Source: a virus
DNA length: 12,763 nucleotides
Virus genome (UHGV): UHGV-1806816
Reading direction: 5' to 3' (one strand)
The translations under genes were made by a program, and so were the position numbers. Every line of letters begins with the position of its first letter. Position 1 is the stretch's first letter. Of this stretch, positions 6,127-12,763 are shown piece by piece. The notes under the pieces were generated by a model, which made no database searches, had not been told where the DNA came from, and worked only from the letters and a program-made list of their open reading frames with translations.

Positions 6127-6157
6127 TCCAAATCAAACGACTCACCCGGAGACACCA

Positions 6158-6391
6158 ATGAGCACTGAACTACACCGCTGGCGCAAGGCCGCCACTACCG
6201 ACGAATGGGCGCAGCTCGCAAAGTTGGCTAACACGACGCCAGGTTACCTGGACCAGATCGCCTACGGAAATCGCCGGGCATCTCCAGAAATGGCATCTGC
6301 TATCGAGAAAGGCACGAAGAATTTTCACCGCCAGGCTCCGGTCCTAAAAGAAAGCCTGGTATTCGCATCGCCGCGTGATACTGCGGCCTAA
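6158..6391 (+). CDS. Cro-like small HTH regulator (YdaS-type)
   Basis: 77-aa protein, divergent from the repressor and immediately right of the operators. HTH-like segment WAQLAKLANTTPGYLDQIAYGNRRASPEMASAIEKGT. Confidence 0.7.
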   Translation: MSTELHRWRKAATTDEWAQLAKLANTTPGYLDQIAYGNRRASPEMASAIEKGTKNFHRQAPVLKESLVFASPRDTAA

Positions 6392-6408
6392 CCACGAAAG
6401 GGAAAGCA

Positions 6409-6951
6409 ATGCATTCACTTGCGTATCAACACAATACCGGAATACACCCGGGAGCGATGATAAACCGCGCTCAAGCTAAAGCGACGCCGGACCACGAAAA
6501 GATCCGCGATGCGGTCCGTGCCTGGTCATCGGCGCTGGATAATCAGGACGTGGTGTCAGCGCTGATCATCAACGAATACCGGGAGCAGGGCGGGACCGCC
6601 ATCAGCTTTCCGGACGACATCAGCCGGGCGCGCCAGAAGCTGTTCCGCTTCCTGGATAACCGCTTCGACTCTGAGCAGTACCGCGAGAACGTGCGCCAGC
6701 TGACGCCCGCAATCATGGCCGTTTTGCCGCTGGAGTATCGCCATCGACTTCTTCCAGAGGACAGTTTTATGTCCCGCTTAGCTCGACTTGAGAAAGAAAC
6801 GAGCGAGGCGAAAGTGGCCGTTGCGATGAACGCCCCGCGTCACCAGAAGCTCAAGGAACTCAGTGAGGGGATTGTAGAGATGTTCCGTGTCGACCCGGAT
6901 CTGACCGCGCCGCTGATGGCTATGGTCACTTCGATGTTGGGGGTTATGTGA
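6409..6951 (+). CDS. CII-position regulator, YdaT-like protein (180 aa)
   Basis: Directly downstream of cro with an AAGGGAAA RBS. Position and size match YdaT-family proteins that pair with YdaS-type Cro in Rac-like prophages. Family assignment is from memory of the family, not a search. Confidence 0.5.
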   Translation: MHSLAYQHNTGIHPGAMINRAQAKATPDHEKIRDAVRAWSSALDNQDVVSALIINEYREQGGTAISFPDDISRARQKLFRFLDNRFDSEQYRENVRQLTPAIMAVLPLEYRHRLLPEDSFMSRLARLEKETSEAKVAVAMNAPRHQKLKELSEGIVEMFRVDPDLTAPLMAMVTSMLGVM

Positions 6952-7187
6952 TGGGAAGTTTCAAAAATGGCGAAAGCCAGTCTGCGCGAACAGAACTGGC
7001 CTTCAGATGCAAATCGTGTGCACTCATTGCAGGAGGAATAATGGCAAAAAATCCACGCTATTACCATACCTCTGTACATAAAAACATAACCCGCGACCGC
7101 TTCATCCGCTCGGTTAACCCGATTGTGGCAGAGAAGATGCGCGCCATCCTGGAAGAACTGAAACGTAAGGAGAGTGGCCGTGGGTAA
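6948..7187 (+). CDS. Hypothetical small protein (79 aa from GTG 6948, or 48 aa from ATG 7041)
   Basis: The GTG at 6948 overlaps the ydaT-like stop (coupling). The internal ATG at 7041 has a strong AGGAGG RBS at 7031..7036. Which start is used cannot be decided from sequence alone. Confidence 0.35.
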   Translation: MMGSFKNGESQSARTELAFRCKSCALIAGGIMAKNPRYYHTSVHKNITRDRFIRSVNPIVAEKMRAILEELKRKESGRG

Positions 7188-8079
7188 CGTATCCAATTTA
7201 GCCGAAGCCAGAGAGGCCAGAAGGCTCCAGAAACCGCGCACGAATGACGGTAAGGGGTTTGCCTTGCTGCACCGTAAAATTATGGATGTGCCGTTCTACA
7301 AGGACGCTGAGGCGGCTCATTTATGGGTTCACATGCTCCTGCGTGCTAATCACGAACAGACACTGGTATCTACTGATGTTGGCGATGTGATCTGCGAGCG
7401 CGGAGAGTTCATCACCGGGCGAAACACACTGGCAATGGAAACGGGTTTGACCGCTGATCGCGTTAAATCCCTTCTCCGTAAATTCCAGAATCTGGGCATG
7501 ATCACCACCAAATCGAACAACCGTTTTACTGTTCTAAAAGTGGTCAAATATGACGAATATCAGTCAAATTTTTGTCCAGCAGATGTCCAGCCAGCGTCCA
7601 GCCCAAACATAGTCGTACCAATGCCTGCGGAGGTGGAGTGTCCAGCCGATGTCCAGCCAGTGTCCACAGATAACAATATATTAAATAACTTACTACCTAA
7701 CGGTAGTAAGTATGTCGCAAATGACCAGAAACCCGCTGAAGAGAAAAAGTCTCGTTTGTCATGCGATGAAGTATGGCAATGCCTGAAAGACGAACTGCCT
7801 GAAGCACGGGGATGGAGATGCCTCACTGATGAGCGACGCAATCTGATCCGCACATTCTGGGGTAAGGCTAATAAGATTGCCCGCAACCTGGACGGCAAGC
7901 CGATGGATATGGACGGTTTCAGAAGCTATCTGCGTTACATCGCTCAGAACTGCCGCTGGATGCTTGAAGACCGACCAGACCAGAAGTCTGGGAAGACCTG
8001 GCGCCGCATGAAATTCGATAAGTTCCTGACCGAAAAGCTCTACATCGAAGTGCGCGAGGGGGATCGTGATGACCGCTGA
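7174..8079 (+). CDS. Replication initiation protein (lambda O / P22 gp18-like replisome organiser) carrying the origin within its coding sequence
   Basis: N-terminal region ...GFALLHRKIMDVPFYKDAEAAHLWVHMLLRANHEQ... resembles phage replisome-organiser N-domains. The middle of the gene holds direct repeats encoding CPADVQP twice, then an AT-rich stretch. The GTG at 7180 (AAGGAG 9 nt upstream) may be the true start. Followed by the DnaB-type helicase. Confidence 0.75.
   Translation: MAVGNVSNLAEAREARRLQKPRTNDGKGFALLHRKIMDVPFYKDAEAAHLWVHMLLRANHEQTLVSTDVGDVICERGEFITGRNTLAMETGLTADRVKSLLRKFQNLGMITTKSNNRFTVLKVVKYDEYQSNFCPADVQPASSPNIVVPMPAEVECPADVQPVSTDNNILNNLLPNGSKYVANDQKPAEEKKSRLSCDEVWQCLKDELPEARGWRCLTDERRNLIRTFWGKANKIARNLDGKPMDMDGFRSYLRYIAQNCRWMLEDRPDQKSGKTWRRMKFDKFLTEKLYIEVREGDRDDR
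7574..7711. other. Putative phage origin of replication: iterons, AT-rich region and inverted repeat
   Basis: At least six copies of GTCCAG(CC) at 7574..7580, 7585..7595, 7596..7603, 7640..7647, 7651..7660 and 7662..7668. Then the AT-rich gataacaatatattaaataactta, then a perfect 10-bp-arm inverted repeat ACTTACTACC-taac-GGTAGTAAGT (7688..7711). Architecture parallels ori-lambda inside gene O. Confidence 0.6.
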
Positions 8080-9502
8080 TTTCATGGCTGTACCACAAAA
8101 CCTCGAAGCAGAGCAGAGCGTTATCGGTGGCCTGCTGCTGGATGATGACAACAGCGAGCGAGTCCAGAAGGTTCTGGCGATGCTCAAGCCTGAATCGTTC
8201 TACAGCCGACCTCACCAGCTGATCTTTGCCGAGATGCGCCAGATGTTCCGCGACAACAAGCCAGTCGATGGTCTGACATTGTTCGACGCGCTCGAAGGCA
8301 AAGGGCTCGCGGAGCAGGTAGGTGGCTTTGCTTACCTGGCGGAGATCGCCAAGAACACTCCCAGCGCTGCAAACATCGTGGCATACGCTGCGTCAGTCCG
8401 GGAAGCCGCAATGGAGCGCTACGGTATCAGCCGCCTGACCGAAGCTACTGAGCTGCTGTATTCCCGCAATGGCATGAGCGCCACGCAGAAGTACGAGGCC
8501 ATTCAGGGTATTTTCACCCAGCTCGCAGACCATTCAAAAACCGGTAGTCGCCGTGGGTTGCGGTCGTTCGGCGAGGTTATGGATGACTGGGTAGCAGATC
8601 TGGAGAAACGCTTTGCCCCTTCAGGCGAACAGCGCGGCATGAGCACCGGCATCCCGTCACTCGACCGGCTGCTGGCGCCGAAAGGTCTGGTTAAAGGCTC
8701 TCTGTTCGTGATTGGCGCAAGGCCAAAGATGGGCAAGACAACCCTGTACGGTCAGATGGCGATCAACTGCGCGGTTCGTGAGAAAAAGCCAGCGCTGATG
8801 TTCAGCCTCGAAATGCCGGGCGACCAGATCCTCGAAAAACTGGTTGGTCAGAAGTCTGGAGTTAACCCGAGCATTTTTTACATGCCAGCCACGGATGACG
8901 CCGATGACCAGTACCAGGGCGATTACGACGGCGACTTTAAGAAGGCGATCGCCACCGCCGGGCGATTGAGTGAAATCGACATGCTGTACATCGACGATAC
9001 TCCTGGCCTGTCACTGGCGCACATCGTTAGCGAAAGCCGCCGAATCAAGCGCGAGAAGGGCTGCGTAGGAATGATTTTGGTTGACTACCTGACTCTGATG
9101 ACCGCCGAAAAAGCCGACCGTAATGACCTTGCCTACGGGATGATCACCAAAGGGTTGAAGAACCTCGCTAAAGAGCTTGGCTGCGTCGTCGTGCTGCTGA
9201 CCCAGCTCAACCGCGAACTGGAGAAGCGAGTGAATAAACGCCCGTTACCGAGCGATTCCCGCGACACAGGACAGATTGAGCAGGACTGCGACTACTGGGT
9301 TGGTATCCACCGGGAAGGTGCTTTCGATGACAGCGTGCCGCCGGGAGAAACCGAGTTAATCCTGCGACTCAATCGCCACGGCAGTACCGGAACGGTTTAT
9401 TGCAATCAGATCAACGGGGCAATTTACGACACAGACCAGCAGGCCGCCGCCGCAGAACGCCGCGGGCGTGAGCAGCAGCCGAAAAAGAAAGGGGGATTCT
9501 GA
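8069..9502 (+). CDS. Replicative DNA helicase, DnaB family (P22 gp12-like)
   Basis: Walker A GARPKMGKT, DnaB-like N-terminal domain (QNLEAEQSVIGGLLLD...), and C-terminal RecA-like core. ATG at 8069 with GAGGGGGA RBS; the ORF-track start at 8066 is a GTG one codon upstream. Confidence 0.9.
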   Translation: MTADFMAVPQNLEAEQSVIGGLLLDDDNSERVQKVLAMLKPESFYSRPHQLIFAEMRQMFRDNKPVDGLTLFDALEGKGLAEQVGGFAYLAEIAKNTPSAANIVAYAASVREAAMERYGISRLTEATELLYSRNGMSATQKYEAIQGIFTQLADHSKTGSRRGLRSFGEVMDDWVADLEKRFAPSGEQRGMSTGIPSLDRLLAPKGLVKGSLFVIGARPKMGKTTLYGQMAINCAVREKKPALMFSLEMPGDQILEKLVGQKSGVNPSIFYMPATDDADDQYQGDYDGDFKKAIATAGRLSEIDMLYIDDTPGLSLAHIVSESRRIKREKGCVGMILVDYLTLMTAEKADRNDLAYGMITKGLKNLAKELGCVVVLLTQLNRELEKRVNKRPLPSDSRDTGQIEQDCDYWVGIHREGAFDDSVPPGETELILRLNRHGSTGTVYCNQINGAIYDTDQQAAAAERRGREQQPKKKGGF

Positions 9503-9846
9503 TGACCATAACAATCCGCGGGCAGATTCTTGCAGCCCTGCGTAACAACCCGGGCCTGAACAGTGCTCGTATTGCCAGCATGATCGGCATGACCACCAAA
9601 AAGATTTCCGGCCCGTTAAGTACGTTGTTTGCAGACGGCCTGATCGAGTTCGAAGGCAAGCACGGACAGCGGCTTTATCGGCTGACCGATTACGGCATGA
9701 AATACGCACCAGAAACAATCCCGGCTATGCCGAAGGGAAATTCGAAGCTGGTGCAGCGTACAGAGGCAAACGTGATCTGCCAGGAGTGCCGCAACAGCGC
9801 GGCGATGAGAAGGGTATTGATGGTTTGGGGGAGGGTAGGGGTATGA
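9502..9846 (+). CDS. Hypothetical protein, probable winged-helix DNA-binding fold (114 aa)
   Basis: Start overlaps the helicase stop (TGATG). Sequence ILAALRNNPGLNSARIASMIGMTTKKISGPLSTLFADGLIEFEGKHGQRLYRLTDYG resembles MarR/PadR-type winged helices. Confidence 0.45.
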   Translation: MTITIRGQILAALRNNPGLNSARIASMIGMTTKKISGPLSTLFADGLIEFEGKHGQRLYRLTDYGMKYAPETIPAMPKGNSKLVQRTEANVICQECRNSAAMRRVLMVWGRVGV

Positions 9847-10040
9847 AAATCGAAGATATCAAAAACGTTGCGGTGTTCTTCAATATGAACGGCAAGACAG
9901 TAGCGTTACGAATGGATGCTGAGCAGAAGCGGATCGTCGCATTAATGGCGCTTAACACGGCTGATGCTCGGGCAGAACTGATTGAAGTGCCGCACATGAC
10001 TTTACCAGCAGACCCAGCCATGGAGGAGGCCGCCCAATGA
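9843..10040 (+). CDS. Hypothetical small protein (65 aa)
   Basis: ATG at 9843 overlaps the upstream stop (ATGA), with GGAGGG upstream. The ORF-track version (9786) begins further upstream with no RBS. Confidence 0.4.
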   Translation: MKIEDIKNVAVFFNMNGKTVALRMDAEQKRIVALMALNTADARAELIEVPHMTLPADPAMEEAAQ

Positions 10041-10324
10041 GCAACATCGACAAACAGGAGCTGCGCCTAACAGCAGAAAAGGCGAAAGATAACTTCATGC
10101 CGAACTTCATGGTACCAACTCGCGATTTACTGGCGCTGCTGGATGAGCTGGAAGCCGCAGAGAAGCGAATTGCTGAGCTGGAGGCGCTAGGGCGTTGCGT
10201 GAAGCAGTTCTCAGAGTTCCAGATTTGCCATTACGGTGCCACTGAGGACTATGCGAAGGGCTATATCGACTGTCAGAACAATTACAACAAAGTGCTGTTC
10301 GCCGCAGCCGGTAAAGGAGAGTGA
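10037..10324 (+). CDS. Hypothetical coiled-coil protein, possibly ead/Ea22-like (95 aa)
   Basis: Strong GGAGGAGG RBS 7 nt upstream; ATGA coupling to the upstream gene. N-terminal ...LLALLDELEAAEKRIAELEA... resembles the Ea22-type N-terminal coiled coil of lambdoid prophage genes. Confidence 0.45.
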   Translation: MSNIDKQELRLTAEKAKDNFMPNFMVPTRDLLALLDELEAAEKRIAELEALGRCVKQFSEFQICHYGATEDYAKGYIDCQNNYNKVLFAAAGKGE

Positions 10325-10326
10325 GC

Positions 10327-10614
10327 ATGTCAGTTGAACTCGAAGATAAACGCCGTAGTGGGCAGCGTATTCCCGGCCTCGGACTCGCTAATGGGACGTG
10401 GTTTGCAGTTCTGGATATTCCAGGCATGGGAAAGCTTATCAACAATCAGCATACCAATGACCCGCTTGATGTGACGCCAGCCAAAGCGAAAAAGATGGCA
10501 GAGATTGTCGAGGCATGGACACCACCGGATGGTTGGTCTGGCAGCGAGCAAGAAAAAATGAAGAGTTATATCGTCGAATTTCTTCGCGGTTGCAACGGTT
10601 TTAGGAGCTACTAA
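10327..10614 (+). CDS. Hypothetical protein (95 aa from ATG 10327)
   Basis: ATG at 10327 with AAGGAGAG upstream; the ORF track starts at GTG 10321, overlapping the upstream stop. No recognisable family. Confidence 0.45.
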   Translation: MSVELEDKRRSGQRIPGLGLANGTWFAVLDIPGMGKLINNQHTNDPLDVTPAKAKKMAEIVEAWTPPDGWSGSEQEKMKSYIVEFLRGCNGFRSY

Positions 10615-10617
10615 CCC

Positions 10618-11256
10618 ATGACATTAACCAAAGAATGGCTCCTGAAAACTATCGCGGAGCTTGAAGAAGAGCGCGCTGCTGTGCCCGGCGCTGTAAACGA
10701 AGATGCAGCACGGCCGCTGGCGGCGATGAAGTTGGCGCTGACATCGCTCGAAGCGGAGCCTGTGGCGTGTCCGAAATGCAATGATACTGGAATGGCTGAT
10801 AGTGGAGGAGTTCAACCATGGGGGGAGCCAATAAGCGTCCCATGTGATTGCACCGCCCAGCCAGCGCTGGCAGTTGATGCTGATGATAATTTTTATTCAT
10901 GGTTCGGTAGAGAATGGAATGATCATTATCAGCAAAACCAATACACCACGGCAGCTAAACAGATGCTTGGTGTTATGGCCGAATCTGCGTGGAAAGCTGG
11001 TCGGCGCGCCGCCATGCTTCAGGGTGCCGAACTTGTAAGTAATCGTGATGAGTTGCCGGATGGTTGGGTGGCTTGCAGTGAGCGGATGCCGGAGAAAACT
11101 GATGAAGTTTTGTGTGCCAAAGAATTCGATGGTCCAGGTGATTGGCGCCAAAAGGTTGGTTATTACTTAGCGGGGAAATGGACGGTGTATAGCGCATCAT
11201 GGACGCCGACCCACTGGATGCCACTGCCAGCAGCACCGCGGCAGGAGCTGAAGTGA
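10618..11256 (+). CDS. Hypothetical protein with DUF551-like C-terminus and Ea22-like N-terminal coiled coil (212 aa)
   Basis: C-terminal ...KWTVYSASWTPTHWMPLPAAP matches the W..THWMPLP signature I associate with DUF551 prophage proteins. N-terminal TLTKEWLLKTIAELEEERAA is coiled-coil-like; a Cys-rich segment reads CPKCNDTG...CDC. Confidence 0.5.
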   Translation: MTLTKEWLLKTIAELEEERAAVPGAVNEDAARPLAAMKLALTSLEAEPVACPKCNDTGMADSGGVQPWGEPISVPCDCTAQPALAVDADDNFYSWFGREWNDHYQQNQYTTAAKQMLGVMAESAWKAGRRAAMLQGAELVSNRDELPDGWVACSERMPEKTDEVLCAKEFDGPGDWRQKVGYYLAGKWTVYSASWTPTHWMPLPAAPRQELK

Positions 11257-11292
11257 CGAACAAGATGACGAGAGTTACCATAGATATAAATC

Positions 11293-11316
11293 AAGGCCCT
11301 TAGGGGCCTTTTATTC
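11293..11316 (+). terminator. Putative intrinsic terminator
   Basis: Stem AAGGCCC (11293..11299) / GGGCCTT (11304..11310) with loop TTAG, followed by TTTATT. Lies 37 bp after the stop of the DUF551-like gene. Confidence 0.6.
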
Positions 11317-11349
11317 TATGATAAACGGACTTTGTTTGAGAGTGACGCC

Positions 11350-11676
11350 ATGAAGTCCAAGAAGCTAAATGCTGAGCAGCAATACAAATTAGACCTTGAA
11401 TTGGTCAAGAAGAAGCCTGCGAACCGGACCGAGGCAAAAGCCCATTTGGCCGCACAGTTACGAATCAGCAAGTACAAGACGCAGACCTCTTCCAAAATCC
11501 GCGTAGGCAGTTTTAAGGGGCGGAAGAAGGTACATTTCAGTAAGGCGGAACAAGCAGCCAGGGCAGCACTAAATAAAGCAAATGCCATTAGATTTTCCGA
11601 AGGGGAGGTCGAGTCCGTCGATACGGATAGAATCTCAGAAAGTAACAAACGCTGGCGCGGGAGAACTGCTGACTAA
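11350..11676 (+). CDS. Hypothetical basic, Lys-rich protein (108 aa from ATG 11350)
   Basis: The ORF-track start at 11332 is a TTG; the first ATG is at 11350. About 47% GC. No recognisable motif. Stop overlaps the start of the next gene (TAATG). Confidence 0.45.
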   Translation: MKSKKLNAEQQYKLDLELVKKKPANRTEAKAHLAAQLRISKYKTQTSSKIRVGSFKGRKKVHFSKAEQAARAALNKANAIRFSEGEVESVDTDRISESNKRWRGRTAD

Positions 11677-11930
11677 TGTCTGACTGGAATATTGCTGCAA
11701 AGCCGCAGGAAGAACGCGACAAGGTCAACGTTGACCTGGCAGCCTCCGGCGTAGCCTACAAAGAGCGCCTGAACATGCCGGTTATCGCTGAGGTGGTGAT
11801 GCGTGAGCAGCCCGAGCATTTGCGTGATTACTTCCTTGAGCGTCTGAAGTTTTATCGCGAGAAGTCGATAGATTTACCAAGGGCATCCGATCCGCGGTAC
11901 ATGGAAATGGCTGATTCTAATAAAAAATAA
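11676..11930 (+). CDS. Hypothetical protein (84 aa)
   Basis: Translationally coupled to the upstream gene. No recognisable motif. Confidence 0.45.
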   Translation: MSDWNIAAKPQEERDKVNVDLAASGVAYKERLNMPVIAEVVMREQPEHLRDYFLERLKFYREKSIDLPRASDPRYMEMADSNKK

Positions 11931-11981
11931 GCCCTAACGTGTTGATGACCTTATCAGACCTAAACAGGAGGTTTTTCTAAA

Positions 11982-12521
11982 GTGATTAATATCATTGTTG
12001 ATTCCAATGCTTGGAATTTTTTACATGTGAGTGGGATCTCCTTAAGCAACGAGCTTCTTAGCGATTATAACTTTCAGATAACATTAGAGGTGTCTCGTGA
12101 ATTGCAGGAGTTAGTAGGCAAGGAAGGGAAGGAAGCTCTTTATGAATTCTTTGTAAGTGAGACTCAGTCGCTTGAAGAGCCCTTATGCTATTTTGGTTTT
12201 TACAATGAGTCAGTGCCTGCTGATGAACAGCGGTTTGGTGGATTTGGTGTTGGCGGGTTCGCATCTGTTCATCAAGATGATTATTTTCAGAAAACATTCC
12301 GCCAAATAAAATCATCAAAGCGTGGTATTTATTATGGCAATGAAGCTGACATGCTGATCGGGTCAAGAGGAATTGGGAACACTTTCATACTAACAGAAGA
12401 TAATAATAAGTCAGGCCCGATGAAAGAGGCTGAGAACACTATCTTTGTTTCAAGAAAATTTCCTATGACTGTGGAGCAGTTTAAGGAATATCTTGATCTT
12501 GAAACCTCAAAAACTCTTTAG
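11982..12521 (+). CDS. Hypothetical low-GC protein with PIN-like nuclease signature (179 aa)
   Basis: About 40% GC. GTG start with AGGAGG 10 nt upstream. N-terminal beta-strand plus Asp (MINIIVDSNAW), a central acidic residue, and C-terminal ...NEADMLIGSRGIGNTFILTEDNN... follow the PIN / VapC-like pattern (D...E...D.(L/I)IA...G...(I/V)(V/L)T.(D/N)). Assigned by eye, not by search. Confidence 0.45.
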   Translation: MINIIVDSNAWNFLHVSGISLSNELLSDYNFQITLEVSRELQELVGKEGKEALYEFFVSETQSLEEPLCYFGFYNESVPADEQRFGGFGVGGFASVHQDDYFQKTFRQIKSSKRGIYYGNEADMLIGSRGIGNTFILTEDNNKSGPMKEAENTIFVSRKFPMTVEQFKEYLDLETSKTL

Positions 12522-12616
12522 TTACTGCGCTTTGATTTTTCATAATCACTCCGCCATAATCATGTCATCGGAGCCTGAACAACTCCGGTGACTTCTTCGC
12601 ATTTAAGGGGACTTAA

Positions 12617-12712
12617 ATGCGACCACAATCTGAACTCATCGCCTTGTCACAGATGCAGACATGCACCTGCGATTTTCTGCATTCTGCGGTTTCCGTCAAG
12701 GAGGCCGTATGA
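12617..12712 (+). CDS. Possible small ORF (31 aa) followed by a 9-aa ORF and the start of a gene running off the right edge
   Basis: ATG at 12617 gives MRPQSELIALSQMQTCTCDFLHSAVSVKEAV. Its stop overlaps ATG 12709 (ATGA), which has a strong AGGAGG RBS 4 nt upstream and encodes MIIPKDGIN. A further ATG at 12741 (MEAKTSG...) is open to the window edge. All weakly supported. Confidence 0.2.
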   Translation: MRPQSELIALSQMQTCTCDFLHSAVSVKEAV

Positions 12713-12763
12713 TTATCCCCAAAGACGGCATCAACTAAGGATGGAGGCGAAGACCAGCGGCAT

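Noticed and set aside
6042-6158. N-terminal extension of the repressor ORF to 264 aa (start at 6158)
   Set aside because: The extension would be translated through the operator/promoter region and has no RBS. The ATG at 6041 gives a canonical repressor N-terminus directly before the HTH.
7574-7668. Short direct repeats considered as a possible CRISPR-like array
   Set aside because: Repeats are 7-11 bp, tightly packed and without spacers, and lie inside an initiator gene next to an AT-rich block; this is the iteron/origin pattern, not CRISPR.
7350-8215. Minus-strand ORFs 7350..7547, 7560..7898, 7759..8187, 7919..8215
   Set aside because: Antisense to the replication initiator and DnaB helicase genes, which have strong family signatures; products are low-complexity.
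8184-9718. Minus-strand ORFs 8184..8411, 8503..8736, 9356..9718, 9411..9659 and similar
   Set aside because: Antisense shadow ORFs within the DnaB-type helicase and the downstream winged-helix gene.
10107-11281. Minus-strand and alternative-frame ORFs across 10107..11281 (for example 10107..10445, 10649..10900, 10973..11281)
   Set aside because: They overlap a contiguous plus-strand run of RBS-bearing, translationally coupled genes; no RBS or motif supports them.
12058-12366. Minus-strand 102-aa ORF inside the PIN-like gene
   Set aside because: Antisense to the plus-strand frame, which carries the PIN-like motifs and an upstream RBS.

Overview
This window reads as the early/immunity region of a lambdoid (lambda/P22-like) prophage from an enterobacterial host, with a core of about 55-60% GC. 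All calls rest on reading the translations and the DNA by eye; no database search was run. Left to right: the 5' part of a Dam-family adenine methyltransferase gene running off the left edge (minus strand); a leftward early operon of translationally coupled genes that includes a Red-type recombination module (YqaJ/lambda-Exo-family exonuclease, Bet, Gam); a charged coiled-coil protein; two small coupled proteins; a lower-GC 222-aa orphan gene as the first gene downstream of the leftward operators; a CI-like repressor (HTH plus S24 peptidase) divergent from a Cro-like gene; a CII/YdaT-like gene; a replication initiator with an internal iteron/AT-rich origin; a DnaB-family helicase; several small ea/nin-type genes; and a lower-GC cassette ending in a PIN-like protein. 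The most interesting unexplained elements are the 222-aa orphan gene in the slot where lambdoid phages carry exclusion cargo (rexAB, stk) or N, the roughly 415-nt ORF-poor leader upstream of it, a perfect 27-bp inverted repeat around the methyltransferase start, and the low-GC PIN-like cassette. ORF-track coordinates include the stop codon and often start at the first GTG/TTG, so several starts were re-assigned to ATGs with better ribosome-binding sites. No tRNA, rRNA, CRISPR array or transposase was seen.
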